Positions 11,409-20,407 of a stretch of 64,000 bases of DNA are shown here, piece by piece (within the stretch, counting starts at the first letter, position 1; every line of letters begins with the position of its first letter). The stretch is from Mastigocoleus testarum BC008 (GTDB lineage Bacteria > Cyanobacteriota > Cyanobacteriia > Cyanobacteriales > Nostocaceae): NCBI RefSeq assembly GCF_001456025.1, contig NZ_LMTZ01000096.1, positions 1 through 64,000 of the forward strand. Direction: 5' to 3'. The translations under genes were made by a program, and so were the position numbers. A model generated the notes under the pieces. It was not told where the DNA came from. It saw only the letters and a program-made list of their open reading frames with translations, and made no database searches.

Positions 11409-11997
11409 CAATACCCCAGTCCTGGGTTTTTGGGCACCTTATGTGGAATAAGGCGGCGAAAGCCACAAATTAATCACTCCCAACAAAGATGGAGAAATCT
11501 GTTTTTGGAAGGAAAACTCCGTGGTGTAGGTGCTTGCGACCGTTCGTTACCTCGTAGCGCTCGGTAGCTACAGTGAAGGAGCCAGAGCAACTGTGTTTCT
11601 CGTTAACTTGAGTGTGTCCTTTGTTTGCTGCATTCAGTTTTCCTGAGGGAATCCTGAAAAGTACAACAAACGCCATATTTGAGAACTGTTTGATAATTTT
11701 GGATTACCCCTGGGTACTCTAAACTTTGATGATAGTTATCTTAATCCAGTTATGGAGAAGCTTTTGTCCGCTGCGGAACTGTATTCGTACCTGCACTTAC
11801 GGAGCTTTTAATTTTAATGTAGTATACAGACTACATTTTGTCTGTGACTAAGAGTATCTCAATTTCTTGTAAAGATAGAAAGAATTGGGAATTTATTCCA
11901 TGTCCTTGAGTTCTTATCGCTGTCCTTACCTCAATATATTATTGTCTATTTGAATCGCTTCCAAAATTGAGATACTACCTTCTGAATACAGTTATTA

Positions 11998-13584
11998 ATG
12001 TTTATATCTAAAATTCGTTCTTGGTTGCAACAGATCAAATCATCGACCGATATATCTATGTGGAAAACTTTTTATATTAAACCGAACGAGATCGGAATTT
12101 TATATCACCGCAGTGACTTTAAAAAGATTTTGACTGCTGGAACTTATACTTATTTTGGTCGGCATTGGCGAGTTGAAAAATTTGATTTAAATAATCCAGA
12201 AGCAAAAATTGAAAACCTGGAATTACTCTTAAGGAATAATACTGCAGAACTACAAGAATATCTGTTAATAGTACGTACAAACTTTAATGAAACTGCTTTA
12301 GTGCGAATGGGTCAGAAATGGGTAAACATTTTACCCAACCAATTACGAGCATTTTGGCGTGGTTTTATTGAGGTAGAGTCACACATCTTTAACTTAGAAG
12401 AAAATCTAGAATTACCCACCCAATTCGTACAGCAACTACGTGGATTTAATTTTAGTGGATTAACAAAAATCTTCGTTAACGAATCTCAAATTGCTTTACT
12501 GTACGTACAAAATAACTTTGTGCGTCCCCTAGAACCTGGGGAATACGCTTTTTGGACAGCGCATAAGGGTATAACACATTATCTTATGAGTCGTTTGGAT
12601 CGTAATCCAAACTTTCCCCTGGAAGAGGTGCTGATTGACAAGCATCCAGAGTTTGTTGCAACTTATTGCGCGATCGTGGAAACCACTGCTCAACAGGTTG
12701 CAAATATCAGGTATCAAGGTAAGGTGATCTCCATATTACCTCCTACTAGTCGCAAATTATTTTGGCAAGGTGTTGATATTGAAATTATTGATATCAGTAA
12801 TGACGCTAAACTCTCAAATGCTTTAGCATCCGAACTAGTTTCGGGTTTACCAGAAACTGTAAGCTTGAGTTGTAATAATTTGCATGTTTGTCAAGTACCT
12901 TCCCAACATGTTGGTCTACTATATACGAACAAAGAATATCAAACACAACTCGAACCAGGAATTCATGCGTGGTGGGTATACGGACGTTCCTTTGAAACCG
13001 AAGTTATAGATTTGCGTTTGCAGAACATGGAAGTTTCGGGACAAGATATCTTATCCAAGGACAAAGTACCTCTGCGTTTGAATTTAACTGCTGGTTTTCG
13101 TATCCAAGATCCCTTGAGAGCAAAAAATGGATTGTCAGATATTACTGGTTTCTTGTACAAAGAACTGCAGTTTGCTTTACGTGCTGCAGTGGGAGAACAG
13201 GCTTTAGATCGTATTTTAGAAGATAAAGGAGCAATAGATAATAGTATTTCACAATATATCCGTCCTAAAGCAGCAGAATACGGAATAGAAATTGATTCTG
13301 TGGGAGTCAAAGACATTATTCTTCCCGGTGAAATCAAAAATATTCTTGGTAAAGTTGTAGAAGCTGAAAAATCAGCCCAAGCTAACGTTATACGACGGAG
13401 AGAAGAGACTGCTGCTACTCGCAGTATGTTGAATACAGCGAGAGTAATGGAAGATAATCCCGTTGCATTAAGATTGAAAGAGTTGGAAGTATTGGAAAGG
13501 ATTTCTGAGAAGATTGAGAAAATTCAAGTTAATGGTAGCTTGGATAGTATTTTGACTGAATTGATCCAAATCAATCGCCATTAG
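11998..13584 (+). CDS. SPFH/band-7 (stomatin/prohibitin-like) domain protein with three N-terminal truncated SPFH-like repeats
   Basis: The C-terminal 200 aa form a complete SPFH domain plus a coiled coil. The N-terminus carries three repeats of the SPFH beta-hairpin motif: IGILYHRS...TAGTYTYF, IALLYVQNNFVRPLEPGEYAFW and VGLLYTNKEYQTQLEPGIHAWW. Confidence 0.7.
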   Translation: MFISKIRSWLQQIKSSTDISMWKTFYIKPNEIGILYHRSDFKKILTAGTYTYFGRHWRVEKFDLNNPEAKIENLELLLRNNTAELQEYLLIVRTNFNETALVRMGQKWVNILPNQLRAFWRGFIEVESHIFNLEENLELPTQFVQQLRGFNFSGLTKIFVNESQIALLYVQNNFVRPLEPGEYAFWTAHKGITHYLMSRLDRNPNFPLEEVLIDKHPEFVATYCAIVETTAQQVANIRYQGKVISILPPTSRKLFWQGVDIEIIDISNDAKLSNALASELVSGLPETVSLSCNNLHVCQVPSQHVGLLYTNKEYQTQLEPGIHAWWVYGRSFETEVIDLRLQNMEVSGQDILSKDKVPLRLNLTAGFRIQDPLRAKNGLSDITGFLYKELQFALRAAVGEQALDRILEDKGAIDNSISQYIRPKAAEYGIEIDSVGVKDIILPGEIKNILGKVVEAEKSAQANVIRRREETAATRSMLNTARVMEDNPVALRLKELEVLERISEKIEKIQVNGSLDSILTELIQINRH

Positions 13585-13695
13585 TTAGGGACTTCCAATT
13601 AAAAAACATACCACTGGTTAGGGCGCACTTCGGTGCGCCCCTACTGTCAAAAAATCCTACTGTCAACAAATAATGATATTAATTTTTAGAAGTCC

Positions 13696-15042
13696 TTACA
13701 AAGTATAAGTAAAGTCTTTTACTAACATTCCTGGAACCATACTTCCGCCGAGTTGGCGATTTTCATAGGTACCCAAATTGGGAATAAACTCTTGAAAGTT
13801 AGTAAATTCTATTAAATTATTACCCCAGAAACGGTAAAGGGTTTCATCAAAACGCAAATCTTCAATAGGAGCAACTATTTCACCATCTTCGACCCAAAAA
13901 CATGCGTAGCGGGTCATACCGGTAATTCTACCAGTAGGTAAATCGCTCCAATTTAAATAATGCAAATTAGATACATATAAACCAGTGTCTAATGCATTGA
14001 GAATTTCTTCCGATTCTAAATTCCCTACTTCAATTTCCGGTGTACGTAATGATTCATTACGATTTGCACCGTTAGATTTTTTTTGATATTCTTTGGCGGA
14101 ACGACAATTAACTAAGCTATTAACTAAAACTCCTTTTTCAATAATCTTTATATCTGAAGTTGTTACCTCTCCCCATTCATTGAAACGCGGTACTGAACCT
14201 CGTTGAAAATTTTCTTTAAGATTAAACTTTGGAGATAACTGCTTTTCTTTTCGAGATAAAGTGGCTAAAGCACTATTTCCCTGTTGAATATCAGCTTCAC
14301 TAACACCACTCCAAGAAAGCATACTTAGCAATTCACTAACAGCAGCAGGAGCAAAATAAGTTTTGTAATTTCCCCGAGGAATATTTTTGGGTGGATGAGA
14401 AAGTAACTCTAGTTGCTGTTTTGCATTAGTGATTTTTGTTAGATATCTTTCTTCGTCCCAATTATTTCCAGCAAGAAAACCTTTTACAGCCTGTTCTTGA
14501 GGACTAAAAATAGAATAATCTAACGTAAAGGTATCGCTAGCAAACCAATGTTTATTACCACTAGAATCAGCATAGGCTCTAATAACAATACCTCCAGAAT
14601 AAATACCAGTAAAATCTAGTTCTTTTGCTGGTTCTAATACTGTTGATGCAACAGCATCTTCTGCTAATAAATTACCTGAATATATTTCTCGAGTGGGATT
14701 GGTTGCTGATGGTAAAACTAAATGTGGATCTAAAGCGAGTAGAGGAAGTTCTTTTCGTAATTCCACTAAAGCATTATGTGTTTCGCGCCAATCAATTTCC
14801 CAGTTACCCACTAAAGGGAATTTTCTAAAAGCAGTACGTCCATCTCTAATTAAAGTAAATTTTATCCAAGTATCTAATACAATACCTGTTTGACGTATTC
14901 TTGCATGATTAAAACGAGTGAACTGGCTAAACTCACTACTGAGTTTAAGAATAAATTCTTCGCTGGTTGCTTTTTTCTCCAGTAAACTTTCGATTAATTG
15001 GTTAAAACAAGTTTCTAAAACAGAGATATTTTCTTTATTCAT
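13696..15042 (-). CDS. TldE/PmbA-like protein (TldD/PmbA family, non-catalytic partner)
   Basis: TldD/PmbA-like length and composition, no HExxxH motif, adjacent to a TldD homologue. The start is taken at the internal MNKENIS. Confidence 0.6.
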   Translation of the reverse strand: MNKENISVLETCFNQLIESLLEKKATSEEFILKLSSEFSQFTRFNHARIRQTGIVLDTWIKFTLIRDGRTAFRKFPLVGNWEIDWRETHNALVELRKELPLLALDPHLVLPSATNPTREIYSGNLLAEDAVASTVLEPAKELDFTGIYSGGIVIRAYADSSGNKHWFASDTFTLDYSIFSPQEQAVKGFLAGNNWDEERYLTKITNAKQQLELLSHPPKNIPRGNYKTYFAPAAVSELLSMLSWSGVSEADIQQGNSALATLSRKEKQLSPKFNLKENFQRGSVPRFNEWGEVTTSDIKIIEKGVLVNSLVNCRSAKEYQKKSNGANRNESLRTPEIEVGNLESEEILNALDTGLYVSNLHYLNWSDLPTGRITGMTRYACFWVEDGEIVAPIEDLRFDETLYRFWGNNLIEFTNFQEFIPNLGTYENRQLGGSMVPGMLVKDFTYTL

Positions 15043-15271
15043 TACAAGCAAAGATAAGCGAAATAAAACAAGTAGAGAACACAAGAGAAAGAGAAATTAT
15101 TTATTTATAAATGTGTTCTACCACACCTCATAAGACTAACCTTCCCCAGGCTTTTTGATGGAATTTGTACTCCATTTAATACCTAGGTTACTCCGCTAAA
15201 TGAATATTTATAGAGGTTAAAAACTTATAAGATGCGGTAGCTCAAAAAATTAAAGCTGATTTTCCATCTTT

Positions 15272-16789
15272 TTACTTCCCACCACCAAAGACCTCAACGT
15301 TGGAAAACAAACATATGGGGGAACCATGTCCTACCCAAATAGCTTGATTTGGTTCTCCTTTCCCGCAGAAAGGGGTACCATAAATTTCCCAGGTAGATCG
15401 ATCCCCTACTTTGGTTAAACTGTGCCAGAAATCCGGTGTGGTGGCTCTATAATTAGGATTTCGCAGAGTTTTTGTAAGTTTTCCGTTTTCAATTAATTTG
15501 CCATATTCGCAACCAAATTGAAATTTATAGCGGCGATCATCAATAGACCAAGAACGGTTAGACTCCATATACACCCCATACTCAATACCGCTCAGTATTT
15601 CCTCCAATGAAGCCGTACCAGGTTCCAAATTAATATTCGCCATGCGGTCGATTGCGGGTCTGTTCCAAGAACAAGCACGAGCGCAAGCAACACCATCAAT
15701 TCCAGATCTGGCTTGACTTTCCAAACTACCCAAACCGCGCTGTAGTGCTCCCTCTCTAATTAAATACTCTCGTTTTGCTGTAGCCCCAGTATCGTCAAAA
15801 TTGTAGCTTGCCATTTCACCAGATATTGTCGGATCGAAAGTAATGTTCATCAAGGGAGAACCATATTCGAGTTTCCCAAAATCATTTTTATTAATAAAAC
15901 TTCCACCAGCATAGTTACGTTCATCCCCCAAAATTCTGTCAATTTCCAAGGGGTGTCCCACGCTTTCATGAATTTGTAACATCATTTGATCTGGAGCTAG
16001 TACCAGATTAGTGGAAGTTGTAGGACATTCTTGCGCTGATAATAGTTCTACAGCCTGCTTACCAATTGTTTCTACTTTTTCCCAAAGATTATCTTGTTTG
16101 AAAAGTTCTAAGCCACCTTGATAGGAATTTGCTTGCCAACCATTATTAGTACGCTGTTGTATATTACTACCATCCTGTGCGGTAACTCCATAATAAGTGC
16201 TCAGGAACAAAAACTTTTGATATATCTCTGAGCCATTACTGCTAACAAACCATGTTTCTCTTTCAGTTGTTACAGCTTCAGCAGTTGTTTGAACTATCTT
16301 TTCACTAATTTTTAGGGTCTTACAGATACGAACCAAAATATCATTTATTTCTCCAGGATTCAAAGTATCTAGTGATTCAACAAATGGAGAAAAATATTCA
16401 CCTACTACTTTGGGACGTTCTCTATCTACTTGAAATGGATACATCCACCACTTTTTGGCAGAATATGCTTGTTTACAGGCTTTTTCTGCTGCAAATTGTA
16501 AATTTTGGATGTCAAGATAATTAGTTGCTGCATAACCAATACAACCATCAATCGCAACTTCAATCATCGCCCCAAGTGTAATATTTTTACCATTCATTTG
16601 GGGCATTGCATCCCGAAAATGACGATGAATTTGAGTTTCTTTAACAACTCTTATACCCAACCAGTCAACAGGGACATTAATACTAGCGACCGCATAATTG
16701 AGATTCGATAATATGTCCTTGCGAGTTGTTTGAGAAGAAAAAAAAGAAGGTGAGGTTAAGGTGTGAGAAACAGATAAATTAACAGACAT
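15272..16789 (-). CDS. tldD: TldD-like metallopeptidase
   Basis: 505 aa with the HESVGHPLE (HExxxH) motif and a Gly-rich C-terminal region characteristic of TldD. Confidence 0.7.
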   Translation of the reverse strand: MSVNLSVSHTLTSPSFFSSQTTRKDILSNLNYAVASINVPVDWLGIRVVKETQIHRHFRDAMPQMNGKNITLGAMIEVAIDGCIGYAATNYLDIQNLQFAAEKACKQAYSAKKWWMYPFQVDRERPKVVGEYFSPFVESLDTLNPGEINDILVRICKTLKISEKIVQTTAEAVTTERETWFVSSNGSEIYQKFLFLSTYYGVTAQDGSNIQQRTNNGWQANSYQGGLELFKQDNLWEKVETIGKQAVELLSAQECPTTSTNLVLAPDQMMLQIHESVGHPLEIDRILGDERNYAGGSFINKNDFGKLEYGSPLMNITFDPTISGEMASYNFDDTGATAKREYLIREGALQRGLGSLESQARSGIDGVACARACSWNRPAIDRMANINLEPGTASLEEILSGIEYGVYMESNRSWSIDDRRYKFQFGCEYGKLIENGKLTKTLRNPNYRATTPDFWHSLTKVGDRSTWEIYGTPFCGKGEPNQAIWVGHGSPICLFSNVEVFGGGK

Positions 16790-17256
16790 TAGTAATCAAT
16801 AATTAGCCAGAGTAGGATTATCACTATTAATACAAAAGCTAACCTGTTCTACAGACTTATTTTCAACAATTTCTTCTTTACAATATGGACGTTACTTAAT
16901 AGCCAATTAAATTTACTGAATAATCCCAGACTGTAAGTATTATTTTTGACTAATAATTCTTTTCTGTAAAATTTGCTGTCTTCTAAAATTTGTTTGCAGG
17001 ATATTGCAGTTTTACAGGGGGTTATACCCCTCATTGATCTATTTATTTAGTCTTACCGCGTTCTAGGAAAACATATCCTATATTTCTACAGTAGTTGTTT
17101 TTAATACTTTTGGGTTATGAATATTAATTTTTCCATAATTTATTATCAAAACTGTATGCGGATGAAATCGTTAGTAAAAAAATGACATGAATCTGGGTTA
17201 GGGGTTACCCACTCATGACCAATTTATATAATTTGAGATTACTATTTCCTTCTGCT

Positions 17257-18447
17257 CTAAAGCTCAATCTTGCCTTTATCGTCGCAGTTTTCCATTGTAG
17301 AATTTACCGAATCTATATCTACTGAATCTATCTCCCGGTCAGAATTTAAAGAATTTAAGTTTGTAGTTAAAATAGCTTCTGCTTCCAGCTTTGGAGCCAA
17401 GTAAAGATTTTCTAATAAGACGGCAATTCCAGCCACCCAAGGGGGAACAACGATCGCACCAACAATACCTAACACTTGTGTTCCTCCTAATACACCTAAA
17501 AGCTGATATAAAGGATGGACTCTTACCGAAGAACCTACTAGTAAAGGATCCAGTACGTAAGTTTCTACATTTTGGATAACTACAAACAACAGTAATACCC
17601 ACAGGAAAGTAAAACCGCTTTGGGGAATAGCGACAATTAAAGCTGGGATCGCACCTAATACTGGACCAATAAATGGGATCAAATTGGTGAATGCAGCAAT
17701 TACCCCCAATGCTAAAGCAAACTCTGATAACCCCAAAATTCCTAAGCCTGCAGTAATTGCTACACCCAAAATTGCCGACACGACTACTCGACCTTGAATA
17801 TAACCACCCATCCGACGGGAAATAGGCGTAACTTGTGCCGCTAAGCGTTCGTTCCAAGGATAAGGAAACAGAGATACTAAACCTTCAATCAAGCTTTTGC
17901 TACCAGCCACCATATAGCCGGAAGTAATCAAAACTAAAATTAAACCTAAGAATATATTGATTACTCCACCTAAAACGCCAAAAGTTACTCCAAAAGAACG
18001 TGATAGTACCCTTTGAGTCGAACGAAATAACCAATTAACCAATGCTTGAACATCTTGGGTCTCAAAGAATTTTTCAATTGAGTCTGCTTCAGTGATCCCA
18101 ATTCTTGCTGCAAAGTTTTCTGCAAGTGTTCCCAAGCTGTCTAAATATCCCGGAAGTTTATTTGCTAGGCGTTGTATTTGGACTGCAACACTCGGACCAA
18201 TAATTAATCCCGCACCGATTAAAACCGCAATTAAACCTAGGTATACAACAATTACGCCCAACCAACGGGGCAAATGTAATCTTTTTTCTGCTGTGTCAAC
18301 TATTGGTGCGATCGCGGATGCAAAGACAATCGCAACCATTAGGATTAACAGCAAACTCCGTAATTGCCACAGTAAAATAACTAAAAAAAAGGTGGCAATT
18401 ACCAACACAATATTAATTAAGGGAATTGGATTGTGCTTTTGGGACAT
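17257..18447 (-). CDS. AI-2E family transporter (PerM/UPF0118)
   Basis: Polytopic membrane protein of about 8 TM helices. The N-terminal pattern LLLILMVAIVFASAIAPIVD is typical of the AI-2E family. Confidence 0.8.
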   Translation of the reverse strand: MSQKHNPIPLINIVLVIATFFLVILLWQLRSLLLILMVAIVFASAIAPIVDTAEKRLHLPRWLGVIVVYLGLIAVLIGAGLIIGPSVAVQIQRLANKLPGYLDSLGTLAENFAARIGITEADSIEKFFETQDVQALVNWLFRSTQRVLSRSFGVTFGVLGGVINIFLGLILVLITSGYMVAGSKSLIEGLVSLFPYPWNERLAAQVTPISRRMGGYIQGRVVVSAILGVAITAGLGILGLSEFALALGVIAAFTNLIPFIGPVLGAIPALIVAIPQSGFTFLWVLLLFVVIQNVETYVLDPLLVGSSVRVHPLYQLLGVLGGTQVLGIVGAIVVPPWVAGIAVLLENLYLAPKLEAEAILTTNLNSLNSDREIDSVDIDSVNSTMENCDDKGKIEL

Positions 18448-18451
18448 GATA

Positions 18452-18494
18452 TCAGTTGTCAGTTATCAGTTATCAGTTATCAGTTGTCAGTTAA
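18452..18494. repeat. STRR-type heptamer tandem repeat (TCAGTTA/TCAGTTG, about 6 units)
   Basis: Direct reading gives atcagttgtcagttatcagttatcagttatcagttgtcagttaat. Confidence 0.85.
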
Positions 18495-18662
18495 TAGCTA
18501 ACGCCGCGCCTTTACAGGCTACAGTTAATACGCTATGTACACTTACTTACCCGCAATTCCTGCGGTACGCTGTAGCTGCGCTACCTCCAGATCCACCAGC
18601 TGCTAACGCGCACGCTGTGCTAACAGATATCAATTTTTTACTATTATTAACATTCAACCGCT

Positions 18663-18725
18663 CACTGTTAACAGTTAACTGTTCACTGTTAACTGTTAAC
18701 TGTTAGCTGTTAACTGTCAACTGTT
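18663..18725. repeat. STRR-type heptamer tandem repeat (AACTGTT, about 9 units), near-reverse-complement of the 18452 array
   Basis: cactgttaacagttaactgttcactgttaactgttaactgttagctgttaactgtcaactgtt. Abuts the cysS stop codon. Confidence 0.85.
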
Positions 18726-18727
18726 CC

Positions 18728-20206
18728 CTAACTACGATGCCAACGGGTACCTTCTTTACTATCAATTAGTGCAACACCTTGGGCTTGTAATTGATCCCGA
18801 ATGCGATCTGCTTGGGCAAAGTCTTTTGCTGTTCTAGCTTCTTTTCTGCGCTGAATTAGTTCCTCGATGTCAGCATCACTTAAAACATTGCTATTATTAT
18901 TGCCACTTTCAGTATTGTTGACCTCATTAGTTGTTGCTACAGACTCAGCTTCCAAACCTAAAACTCCGGCTAAAGTAACCAGAGTTTGCCATTGCTGCTT
19001 TAGTTTTTCTGACGCAGTTAAAGTTTTACCTTCGTGAACGATAATATTACCTTCACGACCCAAGTCTTTGGCTAACTCAAATAATATGACTAAGCCACCA
19101 GGAAAATTAAAGTCATTATCAACTGTTTCTTTGAATCTTTCTACAGCTTCTGATATTGGAGATGAAGTATTTTCTTCTTTCCAACCTAGTTTTTTCCCAT
19201 AGCGCTCGCCAAAAATTAAACCTTCCTTAAGAGTGTGCCAGCCATTAGTTGCTCCCGCAATTGCCCGATCGCTAAAATCGATGGGTTTCCGATATTGGGT
19301 TTGCAATACCAATAACCTTAGAGCCATTGAATCTACACCCTTATCTAACAATTCTCGAATTGTAATGAAATTCCCCAAAGATTTGGACATTTTTTCCCCG
19401 TTCACCTTCACCATTCCGTTGTGCATCCAGTAACGAGATAAATCTTGTCCTGTCACCGCTTCAGATTGAGCAATTTCATTTTCATGGTGAGGGAAAATTA
19501 AATCTTCACCACCTGCATGAATATCAATGGTGTCACCCAGGCGATCGCGCACCATTGCCGAACATTCTATATGCCATCCCGGACGACCTTTACCCCAAGG
19601 TGATTCCCAAGCCGGTTCTCCCTCTTTTGCAGCTTTCCATAAAGCAAAATCAAATGGGTCTTTCTTCTTCTGATACTCAGTATTTTTGACATCCACCCGT
19701 TCGCTAGCACCTGCTTGTAAATCTTCTAACTTGCGTCCGGATAGTTTGCCATAATCTGAAAATTGTCTTACGGCATAATAAACATCACCTTCGGAAGGGT
19801 AAGCATAACCTTTATGTTCCAAATCGTGAATTAAACGCTGAATACCATTCATGGTGTGAGTTGCACGGGGATACTCATCAGCTTCCTTGACATTCAGGCG
19901 CGCCATATCCTCAAAGTAAGCGTCGATATATTTTTCGGCAACAGCTTTCATCGAGGAATCTTCTTTTCTAGCGCGATTAAGAATTTTGTCATCAATATCA
20001 GTAAAATTCTGGACGTAACGTACCTGATAACCACGAAAATCAAGATAGCGACGAACAACATCCCATACGATACAAGCCCTAGCATGACCCAAATGACAGT
20101 AATCATAAACTGTCACACCACAGTAATACATCTTTACCTTTCCAGGTTCTACTGTCTCAAATGCCTCTTGGCGACGGGTCAAGGAGTTGTAAACGCTAAG
20201 ACTCAT
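18728..20206 (-). CDS. cysS: cysteine--tRNA ligase
   Basis: HLGH (HIGH) and KMSKSLGN (KMSKS) class I motifs. The N-terminus MSLSVYNSLTRRQE..KMYYCGVTVYDYCHLGHAR matches CysS. Confidence 0.9.
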   Translation of the reverse strand: MSLSVYNSLTRRQEAFETVEPGKVKMYYCGVTVYDYCHLGHARACIVWDVVRRYLDFRGYQVRYVQNFTDIDDKILNRARKEDSSMKAVAEKYIDAYFEDMARLNVKEADEYPRATHTMNGIQRLIHDLEHKGYAYPSEGDVYYAVRQFSDYGKLSGRKLEDLQAGASERVDVKNTEYQKKKDPFDFALWKAAKEGEPAWESPWGKGRPGWHIECSAMVRDRLGDTIDIHAGGEDLIFPHHENEIAQSEAVTGQDLSRYWMHNGMVKVNGEKMSKSLGNFITIRELLDKGVDSMALRLLVLQTQYRKPIDFSDRAIAGATNGWHTLKEGLIFGERYGKKLGWKEENTSSPISEAVERFKETVDNDFNFPGGLVILFELAKDLGREGNIIVHEGKTLTASEKLKQQWQTLVTLAGVLGLEAESVATTNEVNNTESGNNNSNVLSDADIEELIQRRKEARTAKDFAQADRIRDQLQAQGVALIDSKEGTRWHRS

Positions 20207-20214
20207 AAATAAAA

Positions 20215-20289
20215 AATCCTAAAGTCAAATAATCCTAAAATCAAATAATCCTAAAATCAAATAATCCTAAAATCAAATAATCCTAAAAT
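20215..20289. repeat. 16-bp tandem repeat (AATCCTAAAATCAAAT x about 4.7) in the cysS/cobW divergent promoter region
   Basis: Direct reading of four and a half near-perfect 16-mers. Confidence 0.85.
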
Positions 20290-20407
20290 TGCAGATAAGC
20301 AATAATAATATGTAAAAGCAATGGAGTTAGTCCAGCATCCTTATCCTAGTGTTTTCTGGACTCTTTGCGCCACCATCAAATTCCCATCGCATTTCGATCC
20401 CAGGCTT

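Noticed and set aside
11470-11676. 68-aa minus-strand ORF downstream of the tRNA-like element
   Set aside because: No start context, odd composition and location in a probable non-coding tail. Retained only as possible RNA, not CDS.
17339-17857. 172-aa minus-strand ORF
   Set aside because: Alternative frame inside the AI-2E transporter gene on the same strand. Cys/Arg-rich nonsense translation.
18092-18706. 204-aa plus-strand ORF
   Set aside because: It is antisense to the well-supported AI-2E transporter gene and runs into the heptamer repeat arrays. Its low-complexity translation makes it an artefact.
18452-18725. Tandem short repeats here and at about 28111, 42224 and 60714 considered as CRISPR arrays
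   Set aside because: Units are 7 nt (16 nt at 20215) with no unique spacers. They are typical STRR heptamers of heterocystous cyanobacteria, not repeat-spacer arrays.
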